Source of the DNA: Polyangiaceae bacterium
GTDB lineage: Bacteria; Myxococcota_A; Polyangia; Polyangiales; Polyangiaceae
NCBI GenBank assembly: GCA_035281385.1
Contig: DATEDZ010000021.1
Span: 2,047 to 66,046, forward strand
DNA: 64,000 bases
Reading direction: 5' to 3'
Both the position numbers and the translations under genes were made by a program. Positions within the stretch are counted from its first letter, which is position 1. Each line of letters opens with the position of its first letter. Shown piece by piece: positions 1 to 9,184 of this stretch. The notes below the pieces were generated by a model. That model had not been told where the DNA came from. It did no database searches and saw nothing but the letters and a program-made list of their open reading frames with translations.

Positions 1-353
1 CCGGGTGGGGCCCGCGAGACACGATCGAAACCGAGGCTTTCCTCGCTGGCAAACGTCATGGTCGTATGCCCATGCGGAGTCGCGGGCAGCGAGCGGATGC
101 CGTTGGGACAGGAGCAGTCGGGGCAGTCCGAGTCACAATCTGCACCGCAATCAGAAGCGGAACCGGTGTCCGATTCGTGGTCACAGCACCCGCAGTCATC
201 AGCCAGGGCTTCGGTCGCCACCGCGATCGCCTGCGCGGTTGGCACGATGTCCACTAGCTGCGTCGTCAGGAGCGCCAGCGCGACGACACGAAGCAAGCCG
301 AGCAGGCGGACCCACCTGCTGGCGGGATACTGACGGCCGTCTCTGCGAAACAC
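1..353 (-). CDS. Cys-rich exported small protein (3' end runs off window; absent from ORF track)
   Basis: Manual translation from GTG 353: hydrophobic WVRLLGLLRVVALALLTT, then DDCGCCDHE...DCGADCDSDCPDCSCP; no stop before base 1; lies downstream of the CorE-like sigma gene. Confidence 0.6.
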   Translation of the reverse strand, partial: MFRRDGRQYPASRWVRLLGLLRVVALALLTTQLVDIVPTAQAIAVATEALADDCGCCDHESDTGSASDCGADCDSDCPDCSCPNGIRSLPATPHGHTTMTFASEESLGFDRVSRAPP

Positions 354-390
354 CAGGGAAGCGTAGGCTGCCGATTGGACCGGGGCAAGT

Positions 391-957
391 CTAAGGCCGC
401 GGACAGCAGCCGCGCTCCTCGCAGCCGCAATCCGAGCACGAGTGGGCACTGGTTGTGCCGCAATGGGCCTTCAAACGCTCCTTTAGCGCGACGCGCGCCC
501 GATGCAGCCGAACCATTGCGTTGTTGGGCGTGATACCGAGCTCGGCAGCGACCTCGGTGACCGCGACCCCGTCGACGATGACGCGCCGGAGCATTTGCGA
601 ATGTTCCGGCTTCAGCCGCTCGGCCTGCACCAAGACGCACCCGCAGTCGACGGCTCCGTCCTCATCGATGGCGGCCAGCTCGAGCTCGTCGACTCGGAGC
701 ACGGGCTCCTGCTTCCTGCGCAGCTCGTCCAGCACTACGTTGCGCACCACACGTCCCACCCAGGCCTCGACCCGCGCCGGGTCGCGCACCTGCCCAGCTC
801 GTTCGAGAGCCCGCTGCAAGGCGATTTGAAGCACCTCGTCCGCGTCGAGGCGACCGGCGCTCCGGCGTCGAACGACGGCTAGCAGCTGGTCGCGCCGTGC
901 CACCAAAGCGCGACGGACCCCTTCATGACCGTCGCTACAGGAGTCGTGCGTTTCCAT
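391..957 (-). CDS. CorE-like metal-responsive ECF sigma factor
   Basis: sigma2 (DADEVLQIALQRAL...WVGRVVRNVVLDELRR), CxC linker (DCGC), sigma4 (VAAELGITPNNAMVRLHRAR), Cys-rich tail HCGTTSAHSCSDCGCEERGCC; RBS GAAGGGG before GTG960/ATG957. Confidence 0.85.
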   Translation of the reverse strand: METHDSCSDGHEGVRRALVARRDQLLAVVRRRSAGRLDADEVLQIALQRALERAGQVRDPARVEAWVGRVVRNVVLDELRRKQEPVLRVDELELAAIDEDGAVDCGCVLVQAERLKPEHSQMLRRVIVDGVAVTEVAAELGITPNNAMVRLHRARVALKERLKAHCGTTSAHSCSDCGCEERGCCPRP

Positions 958-1088
958 CACGTCCCCTTCAGCGTGCGCCCGATCGCGGGGTCGTTCAAGC
1001 CATTGCCGGTCGCTCCGTAAGGTTTCGGGCCGCGAACCGTCAGGATCTAGCGAGGCCCACCGGGACATACCGACCCCGCGCCGAACCT

Positions 1089-1772
1089 ATGGAAACCAAA
1101 GCCCAGAGCCCTGCCGAATCCTGCGGTTGTCATTCCACCTGTGACGCCACGCAGCCGGAACTCCGGGGCGACACCGTGACACGGGCCCTCCGCCTCGAGT
1201 ACCTCACGGTCGGCTGGAATGTGGTCGAGGGCATCGTGGCTATCAGCGCCGCCGTCGCGGCTGGCAGTGTCGCCATCCTGGGCTTCGGAATCGACAGCTT
1301 CGTCGAGTGCGCCTCGGCCGGAGTGATGATTTGGCGACTACGCGCTGAACGAGACCATCACCTCAGCGGCGAAAAACTGGAGAGCATCGAACATCGCGCG
1401 CGCCGGCTCGTCGCCGGGTCGCTGTTCCTTCTCGCTTCGTACGTGACCTTCGATGCCGTCCAGACGCTTCGGACCCAGGACAAACCATCGTTCAGTCCAG
1501 TGGGAGTCAGTCTCCTCGCGCTCTCGATTGCCGTCATGCTCTGGCTCGCCCGCGCCAAGCGCGGGGTTGCTCGCGAGCTCGGCAGCCAAGCACTGGAAGC
1601 CGACGCCTCACAGACGACCGCGTGCTGGTGGCTATCGTTCGCGGCACTGGTTGGGGTTGGCCTGAACGGCCTGCTCGGCTGGTGGTGGGCCGATCCGGTA
1701 GCGGCGCTGGCCATCGCCGTGCTCATCGGCCGCGAAGGCCACGAAGCTTGGGAGGGGAAGGCATGCTGCTGA
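1089..1772 (+). CDS. Cation diffusion facilitator (cation efflux) family transporter
   Basis: About 5-6 TM segments; motifs YLTVGWNVVEG, GFGIDSFVE, SQALEADA, GWWWADP; N-terminal CGCHSTC and C-terminal CC; start taken at ATG 1089. Confidence 0.85.
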   Translation: METKAQSPAESCGCHSTCDATQPELRGDTVTRALRLEYLTVGWNVVEGIVAISAAVAAGSVAILGFGIDSFVECASAGVMIWRLRAERDHHLSGEKLESIEHRARRLVAGSLFLLASYVTFDAVQTLRTQDKPSFSPVGVSLLALSIAVMLWLARAKRGVARELGSQALEADASQTTACWWLSFAALVGVGLNGLLGWWWADPVAALAIAVLIGREGHEAWEGKACC

Positions 1773-1831
1773 AAGTCGAGTTCGGTTCGCGGAGCTCCGC
1801 CGAGCAGTCATGCCGGGCCCGGTACTGCAAA

Positions 1832-1847
1832 TTTACGCCATCTTGAT
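1832..1847 (+). promoter_or_regulatory. Putative KdpE box
   Basis: TTTACGCCATCTTGAT, 25 bp upstream of ATG 1873; matches four other copies near kup/kdp. Confidence 0.65.
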
Positions 1848-1872
1848 CTCATAGCCGCCAAGCTGGTCGGGC

Positions 1873-2697
1873 ATGGCGCTGCGCAACCGACAAGCTGCAC
1901 CTGACAAGCCAGCTCCGCATCCGCCTGCTGCGCGTCGTGTGCCGCGTGAACCGGTCGACATCTTCGGACGTCCAGTCATGCAGAGTCGCGGCTGGCTTGG
2001 TTCGGATCTGGTAGACGAATGGAAGCAGCAAGCACTGGCGCTAGTTCGCGAGCCCCAACGCGAGATCGCTAGTAGGCGGTCGATCGGATTGCGAGCGGCG
2101 GCCGCTTCGATGCTGGCCATCGGTGGATGGTTCGCGCTTGCTTCCGAGGGCCGGCTCCGGTCGAACGCCCTGCTAGCGATGCTGGGGGCCTTGGGTGTTG
2201 CGGTAGCGGTTGCGGCGCGCCGCGCAACGCTTCGCCTTCGCGAACAGGCTGCCAACCTGGCGTTGCGGATGCAGCGTGCTGAGGAGGCCCTCGCGCAAGA
2301 CGATCCTGCCCGAGCGCTCCAAATCGTCCAAGCTGCGCTGCAAGTCGCCAAGCTCGCGGCAACGCGCTCGCGCCTCTACAGCCTCATGGCGTGGGCCGCG
2401 ATCGGCAGGGGTGACCCGTTTTTGGCCCACGGCGCGATGCAGCGGCTACCACCCACCGTCCTAACCGTCGACTTGGTCGCCGCCTACCTGGCCTGCTGCA
2501 ATCGCAGGGATGAGGCAACACAGCTGCTGCGCGATGCCAGGATCCTCGGGCAGCGGGCTCGTGAAACGAGCAAGTTGTTAATCGAGCTGCTCGTCCATAC
2601 GGGGGCACGGCAGGATGCCGCAGTGATTGTTTCCGAGGACCGGCAGCTGCTCACTCCGTCCGACCTCAGTGCTCTCGAGCGAGCCGGTATCCACTAG
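1873..2697 (+). CDS. Hypothetical membrane protein with TPR-like C-terminal helices
   Basis: Two TM segments followed by Ala/Leu helical repeats; preceded by a KdpE-like box. Confidence 0.6.
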   Translation: MALRNRQAAPDKPAPHPPAARRVPREPVDIFGRPVMQSRGWLGSDLVDEWKQQALALVREPQREIASRRSIGLRAAAASMLAIGGWFALASEGRLRSNALLAMLGALGVAVAVAARRATLRLREQAANLALRMQRAEEALAQDDPARALQIVQAALQVAKLAATRSRLYSLMAWAAIGRGDPFLAHGAMQRLPPTVLTVDLVAAYLACCNRRDEATQLLRDARILGQRARETSKLLIELLVHTGARQDAAVIVSEDRQLLTPSDLSALERAGIH

Positions 2698-2709
2698 CAG
2701 CTCGAGCCG

Positions 2710-4614
2710 CTAGAGCTCGATTTGCGCTCCGATCTCCATCACGCGGTCCGGAGGAATGTTGAAAAACTTGGTGGCTGGCTGCGCGTTTCTGGACAAGAAC
2801 GCGAACAAGCTGACGCGCCAGCGAGCCATGCCGGGGTGTTTCGTGGCGATCAGGTTCTCGCGACCCAAGAAGAAGGTGACGTGCTCGACGCTGCCGATGA
2901 CGCCAGCCTGCTGCAGCAGCTTGGGTGCGTCCGGCTGTTCCATGAAGCCGTAGCGTCCAATGACGCGCGAGAACCCGTGATCCATCTGCTCCACGCTGAA
3001 GCGATCCGCTTCTGCGACTCGCGCCTCGTCGCCAGTCACCACGGTTAGCAGCACGATGTGCTGGTGTACTACGCGGTTGTGCAGAAAATTGTGCAGCATG
3101 GCTGGTGGCGTGCCGTCGCGCGTGCTGGTCATGAACACCGCCGTACCGGGCACGCGCGCCGGTACCTCTACTCTCATGAGCTCGAAGAAGTCGGTGAGGG
3201 GTAGCAGTTGCTCCCGGAAGCGCTGCGCCAGGATTTCGCGTCCGCGCTTCCAGCTCAGCATGGTCACGAAGATGCCGGCACCGACCACCAGCGGAAACCA
3301 GCCGCCGTGCTCGATCTTGATCGCGTTGGCACCCATGAACACCAGCTCGGGCGTCAGGAACAGCAGCGTCACGGCCGTTGCCTTCAACGTGCCCCAGCCC
3401 CACACGTGGCGCACCCAGAAGTAGGCCAACATGCTGGTGATGACCATCGTCAGTGTGACCGCGATGCCGTAGGCGGCTGCCAGATTGCTCGAGCTCTTGA
3501 AACCGAGGACCAGGCCAATTGTCGCTAACATCAAGAGCCAGTTCACGAAGGGCACGTAGATCTGCCCGCGCTCGTGCGCGGAGGTGTGCAGGATCTTCAC
3601 GCGCGGCAAAAGGCCCAGCATCGTGCCCTGCGAAGTCAGGGAGTAGACGCCGGAAATCAGCGCCTGCGAAGCGATCACGGTGGCGGCGGTAGAGAGCGCC
3701 ACCATCGGATAGAGTGCGACTGTCGGCACCATGCGGAAGAAGGGGTTCTCGACCGCACTCGGATCCTCGATCAAGAGGGCACCCTGGCCCAGATAGTTCA
3801 TGACCAACGCCGGCATGACCACGCCGTACCAGGCGAGCCGGATTGGCTTGCGCCCGAAGTGACCCAAATCGGCATAGAGGGCCTCGCCACCCGTCACCAC
3901 CAGCACCACGGCTCCCAGCACCAGGACTCCGACCGTGCCGTTTTCTGCCAGAAAGCGCGCCGCATACACGGGATTGATGGACCATAGAACGCTCGGGTGC
4001 GCGAGCATGCGGTACAGGCCGAGCCCGAACAGCGACGCGAACCAGAGCAACGTGATCGGCCCGAAGATCGCGCCGAGCCCCGCGGTGCCACGGCTCTGCA
4101 TCGCGAACAAGCCAATCAGAATCAAGATGGTCAGCGGGATGACCGCTCGCTCGAGCCCAGGCGCCGCGATCTCCAGACCTTCCACCGCCGACAGGACCGA
4201 GATGGCAGGCGTGATCACCCCGTCGCCATAGAGTAGCGCCGCACCGAACACGCCCAGCGCGATCAGCACTGGGTAGACGCGCTTACCCCTTAGCGACGCG
4301 CTGGCCAGCGACATCAGCGCCAGGATGCCACCTTCGCCCTTGTTGTCGGCGCGCAGCACGTAGGCCACGTACTTCAACGAGACGATCAGGGTGAGCGCCC
4401 AGAAAATGAGAGACAGGACGCCCATCACGTTGCTTGGTGTCAGCGCGATGCCGTGCTCCTTGTTGAAGCACTCGCGCATCGCGTAGAGCGGGCTCGTGCC
4501 GATGTCGCCGTACACCACTCCGAGCGCAGCCAGGGCCAGCTTGAGCTGGTACGCTCGATCGCTCTCGAGCGGCAGGGTGTGCGTGTTAGACATCGAAGTG
4601 AGCCGGACGCCCAA
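2710..4614 (-). CDS. kup: KUP/HAK/KT potassium transporter (alternative start ATG 4593)
   Basis: GVVYGDIGTSPLY, ADNKGEGG, YGDGVITPAISVLSAVEG, GGEALYADLGHFG, GQIYVP motifs. Confidence 0.97.
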   Translation of the reverse strand: MGVRLTSMSNTHTLPLESDRAYQLKLALAALGVVYGDIGTSPLYAMRECFNKEHGIALTPSNVMGVLSLIFWALTLIVSLKYVAYVLRADNKGEGGILALMSLASASLRGKRVYPVLIALGVFGAALLYGDGVITPAISVLSAVEGLEIAAPGLERAVIPLTILILIGLFAMQSRGTAGLGAIFGPITLLWFASLFGLGLYRMLAHPSVLWSINPVYAARFLAENGTVGVLVLGAVVLVVTGGEALYADLGHFGRKPIRLAWYGVVMPALVMNYLGQGALLIEDPSAVENPFFRMVPTVALYPMVALSTAATVIASQALISGVYSLTSQGTMLGLLPRVKILHTSAHERGQIYVPFVNWLLMLATIGLVLGFKSSSNLAAAYGIAVTLTMVITSMLAYFWVRHVWGWGTLKATAVTLLFLTPELVFMGANAIKIEHGGWFPLVVGAGIFVTMLSWKRGREILAQRFREQLLPLTDFFELMRVEVPARVPGTAVFMTSTRDGTPPAMLHNFLHNRVVHQHIVLLTVVTGDEARVAEADRFSVEQMDHGFSRVIGRYGFMEQPDAPKLLQQAGVIGSVEHVTFFLGRENLIATKHPGMARWRVSLFAFLSRNAQPATKFFNIPPDRVMEIGAQIEL

Positions 4615-4640
4615 CGCTTTCGGTAGGTACTACCGGCGGT

Positions 4641-4656
4641 ATCAAAATTTCGTAAA
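4641..4656 (-). promoter_or_regulatory. Putative KdpE box upstream of kup
   Basis: Minus-strand TTTACGAAATTTTGAT. Confidence 0.6.
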
Positions 4657-4693
4657 GACAGGCGTGGCAGCCGGCCGCCGAGCCGCCCTGCGC

Positions 4694-5058
4694 CTAGCGA
4701 CGGGGTTGCCGGGCTGCTTGACGTGCGACATCTCGGCAGGCCTCGTCACACTCGTCGAACTGCTGAATGAAGCGCGCCTGGGAGTCGCAGTAGTCCTCCA
4801 GGCCTGCTGGGCGCCGAGGTGGATCACACGCGGCCAGGAGCGCCCGGCGAGTGCTTTCGTAGAGCTCGCTCCTCTGCGCAGCCGGGATCTCGCGAATCGC
4901 GCTGGCCTCTTCCGCGCGGGTTTCGAGCCAAAGCAGAACTGCGCCCCGAACGCCAGCAGCAGAGCAATAGCCGTGACGACGGTTGCTTTACGCCGAGCGC
5001 GGCGATCCCCGTGCTGTTCGTCGGGGGCGGAGGATACCGCAGCGCTCGATTGCGTCAC
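4694..5058 (-). pseudogene. Frameshifted membrane-anchored 4-Cys protein (or homopolymer sequencing error)
   Basis: Adding one G to the minus-strand G4 run (4944-4947) joins VVTAIALLLAFG to AVLLWLETRAEE...ELYESTRRALLAAC...LEDYCDSQARFIQQFDECDEACRDVAR, stop at 4694; KdpE-like box just upstream. Confidence 0.65.
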
Positions 5059-5081
5059 ACACCTAGTGTGAGGCTCAAAGC

Positions 5082-5097
5082 ATCAAGATTCCGTAAA
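5082..5097 (-). promoter_or_regulatory. Putative KdpE box
   Basis: Minus-strand TTTACGGAATCTTGAT, 23 bp before GTG 5058. Confidence 0.65.
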
Positions 5098-5129
5098 TTG
5101 TGGGCCTTGCGGCGCGAAGTTGAGCTGAC

Positions 5130-5825
5130 TCAAGTCTCGGTGCGCAGTCGATAACCGACACCTGGCTCGGTGGTGAGGAAGCGGGGCCGGCTGGGGTTGT
5201 CTTCGAGCTTGTGGCGTAGCTGTCCCATGTAGACCCGCAGGTACTGGGTCTGTTCGCTCGAGTTTGGTCCCCAAACTTCTTTCAGCAGCTGCCGGTGCGT
5301 GATGACCCGGCCCTCGTACTTGATGAGCGTCGAGAGAAGCTTGTACTCGATGGGGGTGAGGTGCACCTCGCCATCGCCTTTCTGCACGTGGCGGCGGACC
5401 AGATCCACGCTTACGTCGCCCATCGAGAATTGCGAGGCCCCTGATTCGGTGCGCGCTGAATTTCGGAGTGCCACCCGAATGCGCGCGAGCAGCTCGCCGA
5501 TGCCGAACGGCTTGGTCAGGTAGTCATCGGCGCCGAGGTCGAGCGCCTTGATCTTGTCCTCCTCCTTGCCGCGGGCGGACAGCACGATGATGGGCATCCT
5601 GCCCCACTGTCGCAGCCGCTCGGTAACCACCAGGCCGTCGGTATCGGGCAACCCGAGGTCCAGCAACACCAGATCGGGATTGCGCGCTGCTGCCTGCTCC
5701 AAGCCGTCTTCGCCCGTCTCGGCCTCGAAGACCTGGTACCCGTTGCTGACCAGCGAGGCACGCAAGAAACGGCGCATCTGAGCTTCGTCTTCGATGACCA
5801 GCAGCGTGGGGTTGGGTTCGCTCAC
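5130..5825 (-). CDS. kdpE: Response regulator KdpE (OmpR family)
   Basis: LVIEDE, LLDLGLPD, GADDYLTKPF, winged helix YLRVYMGQLRHKLE...TEPGVGYR; GTG start overlaps kdpD stop. Confidence 0.95.
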   Translation of the reverse strand: MSEPNPTLLVIEDEAQMRRFLRASLVSNGYQVFEAETGEDGLEQAAARNPDLVLLDLGLPDTDGLVVTERLRQWGRMPIIVLSARGKEEDKIKALDLGADDYLTKPFGIGELLARIRVALRNSARTESGASQFSMGDVSVDLVRRHVQKGDGEVHLTPIEYKLLSTLIKYEGRVITHRQLLKEVWGPNSSEQTQYLRVYMGQLRHKLEDNPSRPRFLTTEPGVGYRLRTET

Positions 5826-8542
5826 CTCGCATGCTCCTGGGGAGCGGACTCCGGCGTTTCGGAGGGTGGTACGCTCGGCGGAACGCCGTCGAGCGGGAGG
5901 GTGAAACGGAAGCACGCTCCGCCGCCATCGCGATTGAGTGCCCAGATCTTGCCGCCGTGGGCCGTAGCGATGGCGCGGCAGATCGTGAGACCGAGCCCGA
6001 CGCCTTCGTGGCTGCCTTCGCGAACGCTGCGATGGAATTTGTCGAATATGCGCTGCTCATCACCGGACGGGATGCCGGGTCCGCGATCGCTCACCTCGAC
6101 CGCCACTTCGTTACCGGCCATGAGCGCGCGGATTTCGATCTCACCACCGCTGTATTTGGCGGCGTTCTCGAGCAGGTTGATCATGAGCTGCTCGAGCAGC
6201 ACCGCATCGCCAGGCACCAGTGGCAAGTCATTGGGCAGCTCGACCTTCACTTCGCGGGTGCCGAAGCGCGTGTCCAGGTGGTTCAGCGCGCTCCCCACCA
6301 CTTCCTCGAGCGACAGCCACTCCTTCTTGACGGCGATCGCGCCGGATTCGAGGCGCGTCATGTCGAGTAGATTGCGGATCAGGCGATTGAGTCGTTCGGC
6401 TTCCTCGAGGACCGTCTTGAGCAGATCTTGGCGAGTTCCGTCGTCGATCGAGCCTTTGGCCTCGAGGAGCGTGCCCGTGGCCCCCGTGATAACTGCCAGC
6501 GGCGTACGCAGGTCGTGGGATACCGAGCTGAGCAGCGAGCTGCGCAGCTGCTCTGCCTCGATTTCGTGCCGAGCCTGCTCGGTCTCGGTCGCCAGCTTGG
6601 CGCGTTCTATCGCGAGCGCCATCTGCGAGGCGAAAGCGTCCACTTGCCGGCGCTGCTCCAGTTGGCCGAGTCGCTCCGGGTCTTCGGGCACGAGCCCGAG
6701 CACGCCGATGCCACCGGACGAACCGAGTAATGGCAGATAGAGCCCCTTCCCACCCGGCAAGGTGGTGGTTCCGAGGCCAGCCTCACGCTGATTGGCCCAA
6801 ACCCACTGCGCGATGCTCAGATCCCTTTCCGACGGCTTCCCGATGCTAGCGGAGGCGTAGCTGCGACTCAGCTTGCCCGCGCCATCTGGCACGAACACGC
6901 TCACGCCGCAGCGAAAGACCGTGCCTAGCTGCGCGGCCGCGGCCTGGATCACTCGCTCCAGGCCCTGGGCGGCGGCGAGATCGCGGCTGAGCGCGTAGAG
7001 GCTCGCGGTGCGTTGCTCGCGCTCGCGCGCCGCGCTGGCCTCGTTGCGAATGCGTTGGGTCAGACCGCTGATCACCGCCGCCACCACGAACATGACCACG
7101 AAGGTCGTAGCATGCCGCAGGTCCCCCACCGCAAACGTGAGGTAGGGCGGGACGAAAAAGAAGTCGAAAGCGGCGACGCTCAGAAAGGCCGCGAAGAGCG
7201 AGGCGCCGAAGCCCTCTCTGCTCGATACCAGCATGATGCCGAGCAGGTAGATCATCACCACGTCGGGTAGCTGATCGCGACCGAAGATCAAGAGTGAGAC
7301 CGCAGTAGCGATGGCCGCCGCGCTCGCCGCCACCGCGTAGCTCGGCACATCGGGCAGCTCGAATGAGGTTCGCTCAGGCACGAGTCGCTCGTCAGGATCG
7401 GGATCACCAGCCGTGACGTAGACGTCGATGTCACCGCTCTGACGTACGAGCCGGTCTACGAGCGATGGCTTGAGCCGCTCCAAGAGCCGGTGTTGCGTGG
7501 GCTTTCCGACGATCAGCTTGGTGATGTTGCGCTCACGCGCGAAACGCAGGATTTCGTCGGTCGGATCGTCGCCGCTCAGCGTCACGACCTCGGCGCCGAG
7601 CTGCTCAACGAGCCCCAGGTTCTGGGCCAGTCGCTGCGCCACGGCCTTGGGCAGCGAGCGGGCGCTACGAGGCTGCACGTAGACCGCGAACCAGCGCGCG
7701 TGCAGCGAGCCGGCCATGCGGCGTGCGGCGCGTATCAGCCGGGCCGAATAGGGGCTGGGGCTAACTGCAACCAGTAGCTGTTCGCTGATAGCCCAGGTCT
7801 GCTCGATGCCCTGTGCGTCCCGGTACTCACGCATCTGTGCATCGACGCGCTCGGCGGTGTGGCGGAGCGCCAGCTCGCGCAGCGCGATCAGATTGCCCTT
7901 TTTGAAGAAGTTCTCGATCGCGCGTTGAGCTTGCGCTCCGAGATAGACTTTGCCGTCGCGCAGGCGCTCGAGCAGGTCGTCGGGCGGCAGGTCAACCAAC
8001 TTGAGCTCATGCGCCTGCTCCAGCACTGAATCGGGCACGGTTTCTCGCACGCGGATGCCGGTGATCTGGGCGACCACATCGTTCAAGCTCTCGAGATGTT
8101 GGACGTTCATCGTCGACAGCACGTCGATGCCGGCGTTCAACAGTTCCTCGACGTCCTGCCAGCGCTTGGGGTGGCGTGAGCCTTCGGCGTTGGTGTGCGC
8201 CAGCTCGTCCACCAGGACTACCTGGGGGTGGCGACTCAGCGCTGCATCCAGATCGAATTCTTCGATTTCAACACCGCGATACAGCACCTTGCGGCGTGGC
8301 AAGAGTTCGAGCCCGAGTAGCTGCGCGCCCGTCTCGTAGCGACCGTGGGTCTCGACGATGCCGACCACCACGTCGCGCTTTTCTTGCTCCATCTCGGCGC
8401 GCGCGACCTCGAGCATCGAGTAGGTCTTGCCGACGCCCGGCGCAGCGCCGAAGAAGATGGTCAGCTTGCCGCGGCGCGCCCGCGCTTCGTCGGCCTTGAC
8501 GCGCCGAAGCAGCTCGTCCGGATCCGGCCGCGAAAGTGCCAC
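5822..8542 (-). CDS. kdpD: Sensor histidine kinase KdpD
   Basis: GKLTIFFGAAPGVGKT, VDELAHTN, Usp-like domain, 4 TM, GAF, H-box SVSHDLRTPL, N/G boxes. Confidence 0.96.
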   Translation of the reverse strand: MALSRPDPDELLRRVKADEARARRGKLTIFFGAAPGVGKTYSMLEVARAEMEQEKRDVVVGIVETHGRYETGAQLLGLELLPRRKVLYRGVEIEEFDLDAALSRHPQVVLVDELAHTNAEGSRHPKRWQDVEELLNAGIDVLSTMNVQHLESLNDVVAQITGIRVRETVPDSVLEQAHELKLVDLPPDDLLERLRDGKVYLGAQAQRAIENFFKKGNLIALRELALRHTAERVDAQMREYRDAQGIEQTWAISEQLLVAVSPSPYSARLIRAARRMAGSLHARWFAVYVQPRSARSLPKAVAQRLAQNLGLVEQLGAEVVTLSGDDPTDEILRFARERNITKLIVGKPTQHRLLERLKPSLVDRLVRQSGDIDVYVTAGDPDPDERLVPERTSFELPDVPSYAVAASAAAIATAVSLLIFGRDQLPDVVMIYLLGIMLVSSREGFGASLFAAFLSVAAFDFFFVPPYLTFAVGDLRHATTFVVMFVVAAVISGLTQRIRNEASAAREREQRTASLYALSRDLAAAQGLERVIQAAAAQLGTVFRCGVSVFVPDGAGKLSRSYASASIGKPSERDLSIAQWVWANQREAGLGTTTLPGGKGLYLPLLGSSGGIGVLGLVPEDPERLGQLEQRRQVDAFASQMALAIERAKLATETEQARHEIEAEQLRSSLLSSVSHDLRTPLAVITGATGTLLEAKGSIDDGTRQDLLKTVLEEAERLNRLIRNLLDMTRLESGAIAVKKEWLSLEEVVGSALNHLDTRFGTREVKVELPNDLPLVPGDAVLLEQLMINLLENAAKYSGGEIEIRALMAGNEVAVEVSDRGPGIPSGDEQRIFDKFHRSVREGSHEGVGLGLTICRAIATAHGGKIWALNRDGGGACFRFTLPLDGVPPSVPPSETPESAPQEHAR

Positions 8543-8556
8543 GCAGCTACCTTACG

Positions 8557-9177
8557 CTACTCGAGCGCATCGAGCGCCAGGTTGAGATTCAAGACGTTGA
8601 CGCGAGGCTCACCAAGCATCCCGAGCGTACGGCCGATCGTGTGCCTCGAAACTAGTTGCCGGACCCGCTCAGCGCTCAGGCCGCGTGCCTTGGCGACCCG
8701 GGCGACCTGCAGGTCGGCGTTGGCTGGGCTGACGTCGGGGTCGAGCCCGCTCGAGGAGCGCGTCGCCGCATCCGCCGGGATAACTGCGTCCTTGGGCAAG
8801 CCGTTCTCTTCACGATAGGCAGCCGCGAGATCCTTGAAGCCGAGGTAGGTCTCGTCGGCATCTTTGGTGGTTGGGTCGTCCTTGATGCCATTGACGAGCT
8901 TATCGCTAGTGGGCCCGAGGTTCGTGCCGCTGGAATTGGCGGCGTCGTAGCCAGAGCCAGCCGCTGACGGGCGCGGATGGAAGTATTCGGGTCTGGTGAA
9001 AGTCTGACCGAGCAGCTCGGAGCCGACCACGTTGCCCTTTTGGTCCTTGATCAGGCTGCCGCCGGCTTGGTGAGGAAACACGACCCTGCCAATCGCCCAG
9101 ACCACGCCCGGAAAGACCAGACCAGTCAAGACGACGAAGAACACGGTGAGCAGAATCGCTGGACGTAGATGTTTCAT
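8557..9177 (-). CDS. kdpC: K+-transporting ATPase subunit C
   Basis: GSELLGQ, YFHPRPSA, SSGTNLGPTS, SSSGLDPDVS, GEPRVNVLNLNLALD. Confidence 0.96.
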   Translation of the reverse strand: MKHLRPAILLTVFFVVLTGLVFPGVVWAIGRVVFPHQAGGSLIKDQKGNVVGSELLGQTFTRPEYFHPRPSAAGSGYDAANSSGTNLGPTSDKLVNGIKDDPTTKDADETYLGFKDLAAAYREENGLPKDAVIPADAATRSSSGLDPDVSPANADLQVARVAKARGLSAERVRQLVSRHTIGRTLGMLGEPRVNVLNLNLALDALE

Positions 9178-9184
9178 GATTTCC

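Noticed and set aside
2666-3985. 439-aa alternative-frame ORF over kup (similarly 9614-11008, 11857-13110, 15161-16588, 19845-21224, 21323-22741, 44192-45520, 52801-54342)
   Set aside because: Shadow ORFs expected in high-GC DNA; they overlap genes with clear motifs
4642-5058. 138-aa ORF as listed in the track
   Set aside because: C-terminal part looks out of frame; a shifted frame gives a more protein-like product
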